A model generated the notes under the pieces. That model was not told where the DNA came from, made no database searches, and saw nothing but the letters and a program-made list of their open reading frames with translations. DNA of 64,000 nucleotides, taken from positions 2,304,001-2,368,000 of the forward strand of contig OY762654.1 of NCBI GenBank assembly GCA_963666205.1, in the 5' to 3' direction. The DNA comes from Synergistales bacterium. GTDB lineage: Bacteria > Synergistota > Synergistia > Synergistales > JAFGMB01. This document shows, in pieces, positions 9,591-18,190 of this stretch. The translations under genes and the position numbers were made by a program. The stretch's first letter is position 1; each line of letters begins with the position of its first letter.

Positions 9591-9875
9591 TTAATTGGCC
9601 GGAGTATAGATATTGACTTCACTGCTTTCCCTGATCTCACCCAATCGGGGGACCAGAGCAGTGAAGTGGGGAGCTTTAAAATGAGCTTCCAGACTCTCCA
9701 TGGTATCCCATACTTCCAGAAAAGTAAGAATCAAGGGGTTATCCTTATCCTGGTAAAGAGCATATGAAATGCATCCCTTTTCTTTACGTGTCATATCGAC
9801 AAGTTCATAGGCTATCTTTTTGTACTCCTCCTGTAACTCTTTCTTGACTATTGATTTAGCTACTACGTGTATCAA
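9591..9875 (-). CDS. Antibiotic biosynthesis monooxygenase family protein (YgiN/LsrG-like)
   Basis: TRKEKGCISYAL, FLEVW, LEAHFKAPHF; ggagggg RBS then TTG. Confidence 0.88.
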   Translation of the reverse strand: MIHVVAKSIVKKELQEEYKKIAYELVDMTRKEKGCISYALYQDKDNPLILTFLEVWDTMESLEAHFKAPHFTALVPRLGEIRESSEVNIYTPAN

Positions 9876-10240
9876 CTATTTCCCCTCCATTTAATTCAGA
9901 TACAAAAAACCTTCTGGATTGAATAATTTTATCACAGGAAGATTTTAATAAGGATAATGGCTGACATTAGTTGACTCATTAAAAATTTATTCATTCGTGA
10001 ATTTGTTCTAAGTTATTATAATTACAACAGAATCTTCTACAGGTATAGAATGATCTTAATAAAAAGGGTATAAGAGCCTGACCAAAACTGCTCTATATCT
10101 GATCTTTTGTCATATTTCATAATGAGAGAATAGATAATCATGTTAGCGATAAGACATATTTAGATGGCATTGTGTAGAGTCTGACTGGATCCTGTAAATA
10201 TATTCCACAGATTCCATCAGTGAATTAATTTGTAACAATA

Positions 10241-10522
10241 ACTTGTATATGTGCTGTTCGTCTGGATATTATAGCTATTCCTGGAGAAACCTCCCCTTCT
10301 CCTCTTTCTGCAATTATTGCAGATGAAGCTGCCTCGGTAATATCAACCGTAAGATCACTGCTGTCAGTCTCATTCATTTCCCGGGAAAAAATTAGGTGAT
10401 GTTGTCGAATTTGGAGGATTATCAGGGAGAGCTTTCGTAATGTTGGTTAGCACCTTCGGTTCTGAGATGTTTATTGCCAGGGGAGGGAGGTCCCTGCCCC
10501 TGTTATTGTTTTGAATAATTGA
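10241..10522 (+). pseudogene. C-terminal remnant of a DUF711/UPF0210 (PFL-family) protein
   Basis: Three frameshifts join TCICAVRLDIIAIPGET...SAIIADEAA / [12 protein letters not shown] / [16 protein letters not shown] / PAPV..LNN*. Confidence 0.8.
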
Positions 10523-10528
10523 AAGGAT

Positions 10529-10783
10529 CTAACCATTATGTTTGAGTTTTCTGACCAGTATCAGAACAGCCATCCATATAAAGGCAACTGAGCAAGAGGC
10601 TTGAATGCTATTGCTTGCAAGATATCCGAAATATCCGGAGAGGCAGGGTGTCCCGATAGTGACCCCCTGTCTCATGAGGATAAGTAAATAAGGATCGGGA
10701 ATCACCCTTTTCAGGATCAGATAAACTCCCAGGAAGGGGAATGTCCAGAGAGAAGCGCCAAGAGCTGTTGCGAAAGAGATCAT
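10529..10783 (-). CDS. Small hypothetical membrane protein
   Basis: aaggag RBS; hydrophobic 84-aa ORF; might be the frameshifted end of a gene starting at 10829. Confidence 0.45.
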   Translation of the reverse strand: MISFATALGASLWTFPFLGVYLILKRVIPDPYLLILMRQGVTIGTPCLSGYFGYLASNSIQASCSVAFIWMAVLILVRKLKHNG

Positions 10784-10903
10784 TCTGTTTTTTCTCCTTT
10801 TGATTTCCAGTCATTTTATGTATTTTCACTCGAAAAATGCATATCTGAAAGGTCTGGCCCCTTTGTTCATTGATTATTCAGGCCACCGACTTACCTATTC
10901 TTT

Positions 10904-11311
10904 TTAAAATAGTCGTTTTATGATGTAACCCCAGAATAATGGTGCCAGGAGCATTGTTCCAAGAACAATCAACCCTAATCTACCCTCCTTTATTCTGTAA
11001 TCATAAAGGATAAGAGATATGGGTGTTCTGAGAAGAAAATACATTATTAAGGTCTCTGTTATAACACTGAGGATTACCCATATTATACCTGTCAGCAGGA
11101 GAAAAGGGATAGATGCTTCAATGCTGGAAGTGCCTACAAGAAGCCAGAAAAGAAATAGGATTACCAGTATGATCATTGATGTTTCTGTCTGGTGGGACCT
11201 TCTTTCTCCTGCGAAAGGAACGAGAAATACGTTTTTGAATCCTCTGATGATAATTTTTAAAAAAACAAGAACTACCCAGAACCTCAAAGCCCACATGATA
11301 AGATCATCCAT
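10904..11311 (-). CDS. Hypothetical membrane protein
   Basis: Four TM segments with GE..SHQ and DY...EGRL motifs; start 11311 preferred to 11359. Confidence 0.7.
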   Translation of the reverse strand: MDDLIMWALRFWVVLVFLKIIIRGFKNVFLVPFAGERRSHQTETSMIILVILFLFWLLVGTSSIEASIPFLLLTGIIWVILSVITETLIMYFLLRTPISLILYDYRIKEGRLGLIVLGTMLLAPLFWGYIIKRLF

Positions 11312-11596
11312 TGACAACGTCCTTCCGGTGTTTTGTTCATGTAATTCCTTTCGAATCATTTCAAGAGATATTATAGATCAGATTTTATACCCAGCCGGGG
11401 ATACATTGTCAAAAGAAAATGATGTTGACATTCCCCTTCTTAACACTTCTGTTTAAGCCCTTTGGTACTGTTTTACAGATTGTTTTACTTTACCAGTTCT
11501 CCAATACATCATTTGACCATGATAGAGAAAAGATGTATCATCTATTCACGTATATGAATCAGCGTTTATGAGTGGGGTACAGGAGGAGTGAATGTT

Positions 11597-12028
11597 ATGA
11601 CAAAAATGCAGGTTAATTATGTTTATTTTGCTCTTGTTCTTTTACTTTCCATGCTTCTTCTTATAACCGGTCGCATAATGGTTGCACAAAGCTATTCTTC
11701 TGAGACTGAAAATGTCGGGAGGGTAGAAGTAGCACAGGCAAGGCAGAGAATTCTTACAGGAGAGAGTCTTTTTGTTTGTGCATACGATGGTATTGAAAAA
11801 TACAGATCCGTTGCTCTTGAAGGATCCATATCCCTCAATAGTTTCAAGGAGGTATTGAATGAAATACCTCTGGATAAAGAGATAATATTTTACTGAGCAT
11901 GACCGGAGGAAGCTTCAGCAGTCCGTGTGGCTGCGTCCTTTCTTGAGCAGGGCTACAATGTCAAAGCTCTTCTCGGAGGAGTAGATGCGTGGAAAGATGC
12001 AGGTTATATTGATCTTGTATGTGAATGA
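11597..12028 (+). CDS. Exported rhodanese-like selenoprotein with two in-frame UGA codons (FY-U-A-U-PEE)
   Basis: Past TGA 11894 and TGA 11900 the frame continues PEEASAVRVAASFLEQGYNVKALLGGVDAWKDAGY, which completes the rhodanese fold; downstream hairpin; N-terminal hydrophobic signal. Confidence 0.85.
11918..11934 (+). promoter_or_regulatory. Candidate bacterial SECIS element of the rhodanese selenoprotein
   Basis: gcag(t)cc-gtgt-ggctgc hairpin; loop G lies 22 nt after the second UGA and 28 nt after the first. Confidence 0.6.
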
Positions 12029-12053
12029 GTTATCACTTTATGTGTCTTTAAAA

Positions 12054-12160
12054 TAGGGGAAACGAATATAATCCGCGTAAATCTCGTTCGGTTGAAGAAC
12101 CCATAAAAACAGAAACAGGCGATATGTTACTGTAGAAGTGGAAAAAGATTTGCAATGATG
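12054..12160 (+). pseudogene. Possible second rhodanese remnant (Cys type)
   Basis: IGETNII...RLKNP*KQKQAICYCRSGKR resembles GAINI...K..IVVYC.SG.R; internal stop, no start. Confidence 0.4.
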
Positions 12161-12396
12161 GGGCTGAAAAGCCCCTTTCCAGTTTTATTCTCTTGGTTAT
12201 TTTACTTAAGGATCGTATATGGATCTTTTCCCATATCTGAATGCTATCAGGCCCCCCACGGGTATTCTGGTAGAAGGGAAAATGAGGGGTATTTCGTTAA
12301 TGGCATTTCCCTTTGGCGAGAGTGTTCTTTATTGAACTGGGAAATTCGGTATTCTATTCTGAAAATTGCCATTATCATTTTTTAGAAAAATAATGG

Positions 12397-12425
12397 TTGA
12401 CTCATTCTATAAACATGTGTAAGAT
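12397..12425 (+). promoter_or_regulatory. Sigma70-type promoter of the ilv operon
   Basis: TTGACT-17 bp-TAAGAT. Confidence 0.75.
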
Positions 12426-12470
12426 GACCACTAATTTACTTTCAGCAGCCACAGCAAAGGAGGGATAGCA

Positions 12471-12572
12471 GTGAAAGGAACGTCATTTATCAAGATCCAG
12501 CACATCAACGTAATAATTATAGCCATCATTATTAGCTGCGGGTCCCTTCCTGGAGCGTTTGTTGGCTGTTAA
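12471..12572 (+). CDS. ilv attenuator leader peptide 1 (MKGTSFIKIQHINVIIIAIIISCGSLPGAFVGC)
   Basis: aaggaggg RBS then GTG; 9 Ile codons; followed by a terminator. Confidence 0.85.
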   Translation: MKGTSFIKIQHINVIIIAIIISCGSLPGAFVGC

Positions 12573-12593
12573 CATCTGACCAGCATGCATTTC

Positions 12594-12632
12594 AGGGCCG
12601 GGATTCCCCGAAGGGGTTCCGGCCCTTTTTTT
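12594..12632 (+). terminator. Attenuator terminator 1
   Basis: agggccggga-ttccccgaagggg-ttccggccct plus T run; ggtccct in the leader could pair with the agggcc arm as an antiterminator. Confidence 0.9.
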
Positions 12633-12711
12633 GTGGAAATCAAAGAAGTGATTCAGTAGCGATATAGAGATGGATTGTTAGCGATACCTTGTCAACAAAG
12701 GAGGGATAGCA

Positions 12712-12813
12712 GTGAAAGGAACGTCATTTGTAAAGATCCAGTACATCAACATAATAATTATAGCCATCATTATTAACTGCGGGTCCCTTCCTGGAGCATT
12801 TGTTGGCTGTTAA
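12712..12813 (+). CDS. ilv attenuator leader peptide 2 (MKGTSFVKIQYINIIIIAIIINCGSLPGAFVGC)
   Basis: Same RBS and GTG start; 9 Ile codons, 3 of them ATA. Confidence 0.85.
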   Translation: MKGTSFVKIQYINIIIIAIIINCGSLPGAFVGC

Positions 12814-12834
12814 CATATCACCAGCAGGCATTTC

Positions 12835-12871
12835 AGGGCCGGGACTCCCGAAGGGGTCCCGGCCCTTTTTT
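12835..12871 (+). terminator. Attenuator terminator 2
   Basis: agggccgggactccc-gaa-ggggtcccggccct plus T run, directly upstream of the first ilv gene. Confidence 0.9.
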
Positions 12872-12903
12872 GTGGAGAAACTGAGGATAAGGGAGGGAAA
12901 GTT

Positions 12904-13155
12904 ATGGAGGGTTATCTCAAGGTAGTAGCAGAAGACAATCCGGCAACTCTTGTTAAGATATCAAGTCTTCTGTGCAGGAAAGGTTATGAAGTTAAAAGCC
13001 TGACTTTTGGGCCTGATTCATCTGAAGGATTGTCTCTTTTCAACATTGTCCTGAGGGATAACGGAAAAGAAGCCATCAGGATCCTTAAGCAGATAAACAA
13101 GCTGATCGAAGTTGTTGAAGTGAGATCAGTAGAGCCTGAAGGAGTGACTGTATAA
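12904..13155 (+). CDS. ilvN: Short ACT-domain acetolactate synthase regulatory subunit
   Basis: 83 aa; N...L.KISSL..RKGY.V.SL, KQINKLIEVVEV; first gene of the ilv operon. Confidence 0.8.
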   Translation: MEGYLKVVAEDNPATLVKISSLLCRKGYEVKSLTFGPDSSEGLSLFNIVLRDNGKEAIRILKQINKLIEVVEVRSVEPEGVTV

Positions 13156-13214
13156 GTATCCTGATACATAGAGAAACGTGGAGACAGAAAGAATTACTAA
13201 TATAAAAGGAGTGC

Positions 13215-14231
13215 ATGACATTGGCAAAGATCTATTACGACAAAGATACGGATATGAAGGTTCTTGAGGGAAAGACAGTAGCAGTACTTGGATATGGAAG
13301 CCAGGGGCATGCCCATGCCCAGAATCTTAGGGACAGTGGTGTGAATGTAGTGGTAGGACTCTATGAAGGCAGTCGTTCTGCCGTTACTGCAAGAGCAGAC
13401 GGATTTGAGGTTTTTTCTGTTGGTGAAGCGACATCTCTGGCAGATGTAGTAATGTTCCTTATGCCCGATCATCTTCAGGGCAGGGTCTTTCATGAAAGTG
13501 TTAAGCCCAATCTTAAGCAGGGAATGGCCCTTGCCTTTGCCCATGGATTCTCAATCCACTTCAACCAGGTTGAACCACCTGCAGGAGTGGATGTATTCAT
13601 GATCTCTCCCAAGAGTCCTGGTCACCTGGTGAGGTCCATGTACAAGGAAGGTAAGGGAGTACCTGCTCTTGTGGCGGTAAGGGAGAATGCGTCAGGTAAT
13701 GCCATGGATATAGCGCTGGCCTATGGTTCAGGTATAGGTGCAGGCAGGGCAGGGATTCTTGAGACTAATTTCAAGGAAGAAACGGAGACCGATCTTTTTG
13801 GTGAGCAGGTAGTTCTCTGCGGAGGCATCACTGAACTTATGAAAGCTGGTTTTGAAGTTCTGACCGAGGCAGGTTACGATCCTGAGATCGCCTACTTCGA
13901 GTGTCTTAATGAGATGAAGCTCATAGTGGATCTTATGTTCGAGGGTGGAATTTCGTGGATGAGATACAGTGTGAGTGATACTGCCAACTATGGAGATATG
14001 TGTGTGGGTCCCAGGATCATAGATGAGGATGCAAGAGAGAAGATGAGAGAAGTCCTCCGCAATGTTCAGGATGGGGTTTTTGCAAAGGACTGGATCCTTG
14101 AGAATCAGACAGGCCGTCCCCGCTTAAAGAAGTGGATGAAGAGTGAACAGGAACACCCAATAGAGACGGTTGGTTCCCAGCTCAGGGATATGATGCCATG
14201 GCTTAATGCCAAAAGGGTTCCTAAACCCTAG
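13215..14231 (+). CDS. ilvC: Ketol-acid reductoisomerase
   Basis: [44 protein letters not shown]. Confidence 0.98.
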   Translation: MTLAKIYYDKDTDMKVLEGKTVAVLGYGSQGHAHAQNLRDSGVNVVVGLYEGSRSAVTARADGFEVFSVGEATSLADVVMFLMPDHLQGRVFHESVKPNLKQGMALAFAHGFSIHFNQVEPPAGVDVFMISPKSPGHLVRSMYKEGKGVPALVAVRENASGNAMDIALAYGSGIGAGRAGILETNFKEETETDLFGEQVVLCGGITELMKAGFEVLTEAGYDPEIAYFECLNEMKLIVDLMFEGGISWMRYSVSDTANYGDMCVGPRIIDEDAREKMREVLRNVQDGVFAKDWILENQTGRPRLKKWMKSEQEHPIETVGSQLRDMMPWLNAKRVPKP

Positions 14232-14302
14232 AAAACAACTCATCCATAAAAGTATCGTTCTTTAGGTCCGGAGTGTGAGAAAGGGAACAGGAGGAAGAAT
14301 TC

Positions 14303-15967
14303 ATGAAAATGACAGGTGCTGAAATGGTCGTTAAATCCCTTGAAAAAGAGAATATTGGCTGTGTGTTCGGATTACCGGGAGGGACGGTGATACCCCTTTA
14401 TGATGCCTTGTACGATGCCTCGTTTCTTCATGTCCTGATGCGGCATGAACAGGCGGCATGTCATGCCGCGGAAGGTTATGCCCGTATAAAGGGAAAAGCG
14501 GGAGTATGCATTGTAACCTCCGGTCCGGGGGCCACCAATGCTATTACGGGATTGTCAAATGCCATGCTTGATTCAGTTCCTCTTGTTCTTATAGCAGGCC
14601 ATGTCGCAAATTCGATGATGGGGACAGATGCCTTTCAGGAGGCAGATATTTTCGGGAGCAGCTTTTCCTTTGTCAAACACAGTTTCTTTGTTAAAAAAAT
14701 AGAAGAACTGACCTATGCCATGAAAAATGCATTTGCTCTTGCAGAATCCGGCCGACCTGGTCCTGTCCTGATAACTCTTCCGGTAGATGTTCAGCGTTCG
14801 GTAGGGGAGTTCGAATATCCTGATAGAGCTGCCCTGCCGACGTCCGGTATGGTTTCCTTTCCGGATCCTGATCTGATCAAATCTACATTTAGTGCGATTC
14901 AGGATTCCTTTCGACCTGTAATCCTTGCAGGAGGAGGAATTTTAAGTTCCAGGGCAAGTTCTGAACTATCAGAATTTGCAGAAAAAATGAATATACCTGT
15001 AGCTACGACCCTTATGGGGAAGGGTGCTTTCCCCGAGAGTTCTGATCTTTCCCTGGGAATGGCTGGTATGCATGGAACCCCCCAGGCAAATCTGGCTATA
15101 TCCAATTCCGATCTTCTGATTGCAGTAGGGACTAGATTCAGTGACAGGACTACCGGTAATCTCGGCAAATTTGCTCCCTCTGCCCGTGTCATTCATGTCG
15201 ATATTGATGAATCGGAATTTGACAAGATTCGTAAGGCAGACTTTCCTGTTCATGGTGATGCAGGAGCCGTATTAAAGGAACTATCTTCAAAAACCGGATC
15301 GCGACATTCTCCGACCCAGTGGCTTGATCAGATTGCTGAATGGAAAGATACTTATCCTCTCGAACCCGAAGAAGACTCCCTATCTGCTCCCCTGATTATC
15401 AGGAAACTTAGAGAAAAGGTAGGAACGGACTGTATTCTAACCACTGAAGTCGGTCAGAACCAGATGTGGTCTGCTCTTCACTGGACAGTTGATAAACCGG
15501 GAAAATTTATCACATCGGGGGGGCTTGGGACCATGGGCTTTGGCTTTCCTGCAGCTATCGGGGCATCTTTTGCCAGAGGTAAAGAACCAGTGGTCTGCGT
15601 TGCAGGAGATGGAAGCCTTCTTATGAATCTCCAGGAACTTGAAACATGTGCGAGATATGAACTACCGGTCAAGATCTTCCTGCTGAATAACGGAACCCTT
15701 GGAATGGTGAGGCAGTGGCAGGAAATGTTTGCCAATGAGAGATATTCCCATACTGTTACCGGGGATAAATGTAATTTCCCCCAAATTGCGGAAGCATGCG
15801 GAATAATGGGCCTTCATGTGGATTCAGTGGCAGATCTGGAAAGAGCTCTTGAAACTGTTTTTCTTCACAATGGTCCGGTTCTGGTTGACTGTCGAATACC
15901 TCTTGAGGAAAAGGTCATGCCGATGGTCCCTCCAGGTAGAGGCCTTGCCGAGTTCCTGTACCGGTAA
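14303..15967 (+). CDS. ilvB: Acetolactate synthase large subunit
   Basis: FGLPGG, RHEQ, TSGPGATN, GTDAFQE, SGGLGTMG, GDGS...NN TPP motif, GMVRQWQ. Confidence 0.97.
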   Translation: MKMTGAEMVVKSLEKENIGCVFGLPGGTVIPLYDALYDASFLHVLMRHEQAACHAAEGYARIKGKAGVCIVTSGPGATNAITGLSNAMLDSVPLVLIAGHVANSMMGTDAFQEADIFGSSFSFVKHSFFVKKIEELTYAMKNAFALAESGRPGPVLITLPVDVQRSVGEFEYPDRAALPTSGMVSFPDPDLIKSTFSAIQDSFRPVILAGGGILSSRASSELSEFAEKMNIPVATTLMGKGAFPESSDLSLGMAGMHGTPQANLAISNSDLLIAVGTRFSDRTTGNLGKFAPSARVIHVDIDESEFDKIRKADFPVHGDAGAVLKELSSKTGSRHSPTQWLDQIAEWKDTYPLEPEEDSLSAPLIIRKLREKVGTDCILTTEVGQNQMWSALHWTVDKPGKFITSGGLGTMGFGFPAAIGASFARGKEPVVCVAGDGSLLMNLQELETCARYELPVKIFLLNNGTLGMVRQWQEMFANERYSHTVTGDKCNFPQIAEACGIMGLHVDSVADLERALETVFLHNGPVLVDCRIPLEEKVMPMVPPGRGLAEFLYR

Positions 15968-15999
15968 TCGTGTTGTGACCTGTTTCCTCGATTCTTGGT

Positions 16000-16150
16000 A
16001 TGGAGGGTATTTCCAATGTAAATGGAGTTAACAGGTTAGTCCTGCTTATCCTTAACTGCTGGTTCCCTTCTGGAGCGATTGTTGACGGTTAGCTTCTCAC
16101 CGTAAGACATTCAAGGGCCGGAACCCACAAAATATGTCTGGTCTTTCGTT
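16000..16150 (+). promoter_or_regulatory. Third, degenerate attenuator with a Leu-rich leader (MEGISNVNGVNRLVLLILNCWFPSGAIVDG, 16000-16092)
   Basis: ttaactgc.gg..cc...tggagc..ttgttg.c.gtta...agggccgg homologous to attenuators 1 and 2; terminator arms agggccgga/tctggtctt pair only with G-U. Confidence 0.65.
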
Positions 16151-16185
16151 ATTGTTTCATAGGGAAAAAGAAGGGATGTTTTAAG

Positions 16186-16701
16186 ATGAAAGGATATCTA
16201 AGTGTTCTGACCCGGAATAGCCCTGGTGTTTTCATGAAAATCTCCAGTCTTCTTTACAAAAGTGGTCTGGAAATGGAAAATCTGACTTTTGGACAGGATT
16301 CATCGGTAGTCTGTTTCCGTTTCAACATTGCTGTAACCACAGGCAGAGTGAATTCTTATCAGGTGGTAAATCAGCTCAAAAAACTGGTCGAGGTGATCGA
16401 CGTCAAAGAAGCAGAGAAAGATTGCCTGGTTGAACAATGTATGATAAATCTCAAGGTAAGGAAAACCATGCAGAACGGACCTCGCCTTTTTCTGATAGCT
16501 GACCTTTTTAATGCAAGGGTGGTTCATCATGATCAGGAAACGACAACATTTGAACTCATGGGAGATAGCGTAGAGACTGGAGCCTGTCTCGGTGCTTTAA
16601 AGTCCTTTGAAATAGTTGAATTGTCCGTCTTCAATGTTGATGAAATCGTCAAGGGCGATTTTAAATGTAATAGAAAGAGTTCTCTGCAGATTACAGTATA
16701 A
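16186..16701 (+). CDS. ilvH: Acetolactate synthase small subunit, full-length two-domain type, diverged
   Basis: LSVLTRNSPGV..KISSL, QLKKLVEVIDV, LFNARVV, ELMGD. Confidence 0.7.
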   Translation: MKGYLSVLTRNSPGVFMKISSLLYKSGLEMENLTFGQDSSVVCFRFNIAVTTGRVNSYQVVNQLKKLVEVIDVKEAEKDCLVEQCMINLKVRKTMQNGPRLFLIADLFNARVVHHDQETTTFELMGDSVETGACLGALKSFEIVELSVFNVDEIVKGDFKCNRKSSLQITV

Positions 16702-16715
16702 ATAAGTGCATTAGG

Positions 16716-16861
16716 CTGGTCATAACCGGATATGGAAACCAGTATTATGACCGTATTCGGAACCTTGAAGACAGAAAGGGAATTCGGGAATAGTCTATGA
16801 AGATGTCAGTTCTGCATTTCCAGCCTGTATATACGGTTTCCTGGTTTATCCAGTCGGATAA
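16716..16861 (+). pseudogene. ilvC: Decayed ilvC 5' fragment
   Basis: VITGYGNQ....RNLED / VYEDVSSAFPA...GFLVYPVG* aligns with VLGYGSQ....QNLRD / [11 protein letters not shown]...GFEVFSVG of the intact ilvC. Confidence 0.6.
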
Positions 16862-17006
16862 GGTATTTTTTCCTGTTGAAGCAAAATTGGGCCTTTATTT
16901 GGACAATGGTAAATTCTTCACGATTTTTTTCAAAAGAATCTCTTTACTTATATCTAGTCTTAACTAATTATCTTAAATATTATATACTTGCAAACAAGAG
17001 GGAGAA

Positions 17007-17579
17007 GTGATGTTGAAAATGAAGATTATTATATCCTTACTCTTCCTTTTTTTCTTTTCAGCAGGTTGTTCCTCAGGGGAAGAGGGAATAGAAAAAGTTC
17101 TGTTTGCGTTTGAGAGAAAAGACGCTTTGCAGGGATGGGTTTCAATGAATGATAACGTAATGGGCGGTGTATCTTCTGGTGAAATATCCTGGGATAATGG
17201 TATGGCTGTTTTTCGAGGGAATCTCTCCCTTGAGAATAACGGAGGTTTCAGTTCTACAAGGTCTCCAGAAATAACATCAGATATTGTATCCTTCAAGGGA
17301 CTCTCGGCAATGATAAGAGGAGATGGAAGAAAATATTCATTCACCCTTCAAGGCGCATCCGGGGATAGTGGGTATCTTTTCCAGTCTCCTTTTTTAACGA
17401 AATCGGGAAAATGGGAGGAAATAAAGATTCCCTTTTCTGATTTTGTGGCGACATTCAGAGGAATTTCCCTTCCTTTCATGTCCTTGAACCTTAAAAAAAT
17501 CAAAAGAATAGGCATACTGATCGCAGATAAAAAGGAGGGACCCTTTAAACTGGATATCCTTTGGTTTAAGGTTTTTTGA
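17007..17579 (+). CDS. CIA30 (complex I intermediate-associated protein 30) family protein, probable lipoprotein
   Basis: W..MND.VMGG.S, G.LSLENNGGF, RGDGRKY, IADKKEGPF; lipobox FSAGC. Confidence 0.9.
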   Translation: MMLKMKIIISLLFLFFFSAGCSSGEEGIEKVLFAFERKDALQGWVSMNDNVMGGVSSGEISWDNGMAVFRGNLSLENNGGFSSTRSPEITSDIVSFKGLSAMIRGDGRKYSFTLQGASGDSGYLFQSPFLTKSGKWEEIKIPFSDFVATFRGISLPFMSLNLKKIKRIGILIADKKEGPFKLDILWFKVF

Positions 17580-17754
17580 TCATGGATCTTTCTCCATATC
17601 CGGATTACTCACTTTATCCAGTCAGTCCTGAATCCTGTTTCTTCTCATCAAAACTACCTCTTGGGCTATGTTGGTAACAAATGCAAAAGAAATAATTTAC
17701 CTGGATCCAGAATTACCCTTCCTTGCCTCAGCTCAGTCAAAAATGCAGCATCTG

Positions 17755-17783
17755 TTGACTTTAAAACATTTCAATTGTATTAT
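17755..17783 (+). promoter_or_regulatory. Sigma70-type promoter of the small ORF at 17835
   Basis: TTGACT-17 bp-TATTAT. Confidence 0.65.
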
Positions 17784-17795
17784 ACAACCAAATTA

Positions 17796-17810
17796 AGCAA
17801 CCGGTTGCAT
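17796..17810. promoter_or_regulatory. Palindromic operator, LacI/GalR-like
   Basis: Perfect palindrome gcaaccggttgc just downstream of the promoter. Confidence 0.5.
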
Positions 17811-17834
17811 AATAGAATTGGGGAGGTTATACAA

Positions 17835-18023
17835 ATGTGGATAAAAGATTCCAGGGGAAATTGGTTTGTTTCTGAAAAAAATCTTATTGGACAAGTGTTT
17901 ACTCCCGAGATTAAGGCCGTCTGGATAAAGGACGGTAATGGTAACTGGTATATGGCTGATGAAACCACATATGTTCCTCCTGTTTATGATACAGGGCAAT
18001 CTGAAGAAAAGCTTGCATCCTGA
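17835..18023 (+). CDS. 62-aa hypothetical protein with a duplicated WIKDxxGNW motif
   Basis: ggggaggt RBS, own promoter, internal repeat. Confidence 0.75.
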   Translation: MWIKDSRGNWFVSEKNLIGQVFTPEIKAVWIKDGNGNWYMADETTYVPPVYDTGQSEEKLAS

Positions 18024-18190
18024 AACACTCATTGAAATGCTTCAGTAAATTTTCAAATCCTCTGAAAAATATTTTTGAACCCCATTAGTATCATTTGATG
18101 TATTTTCTCTTTGGTTCCTTTGCAGGTTTAGTCTGGTTCCCCCTCCTTGTGAAGTAGTCCTTTCTGGTATCCTCGCTGTCATTCTTTATG

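Larger units (their letters stand above)
12455..12876 (+). repeat. Tandem direct repeat of a ~182-bp attenuator unit (12455-12637 and 12696-12876)
   Basis: Two highly similar copies offset by 241 bp, each with RBS, leader ORF and terminator. Confidence 0.95.

Noticed and set aside
12430-12876. T-box riboswitches upstream of ilv
   Set aside because: No T-box sequence (AAnnnGGGTGGnACC) or specifier stem seen; translated Ile-rich leaders explain the structure
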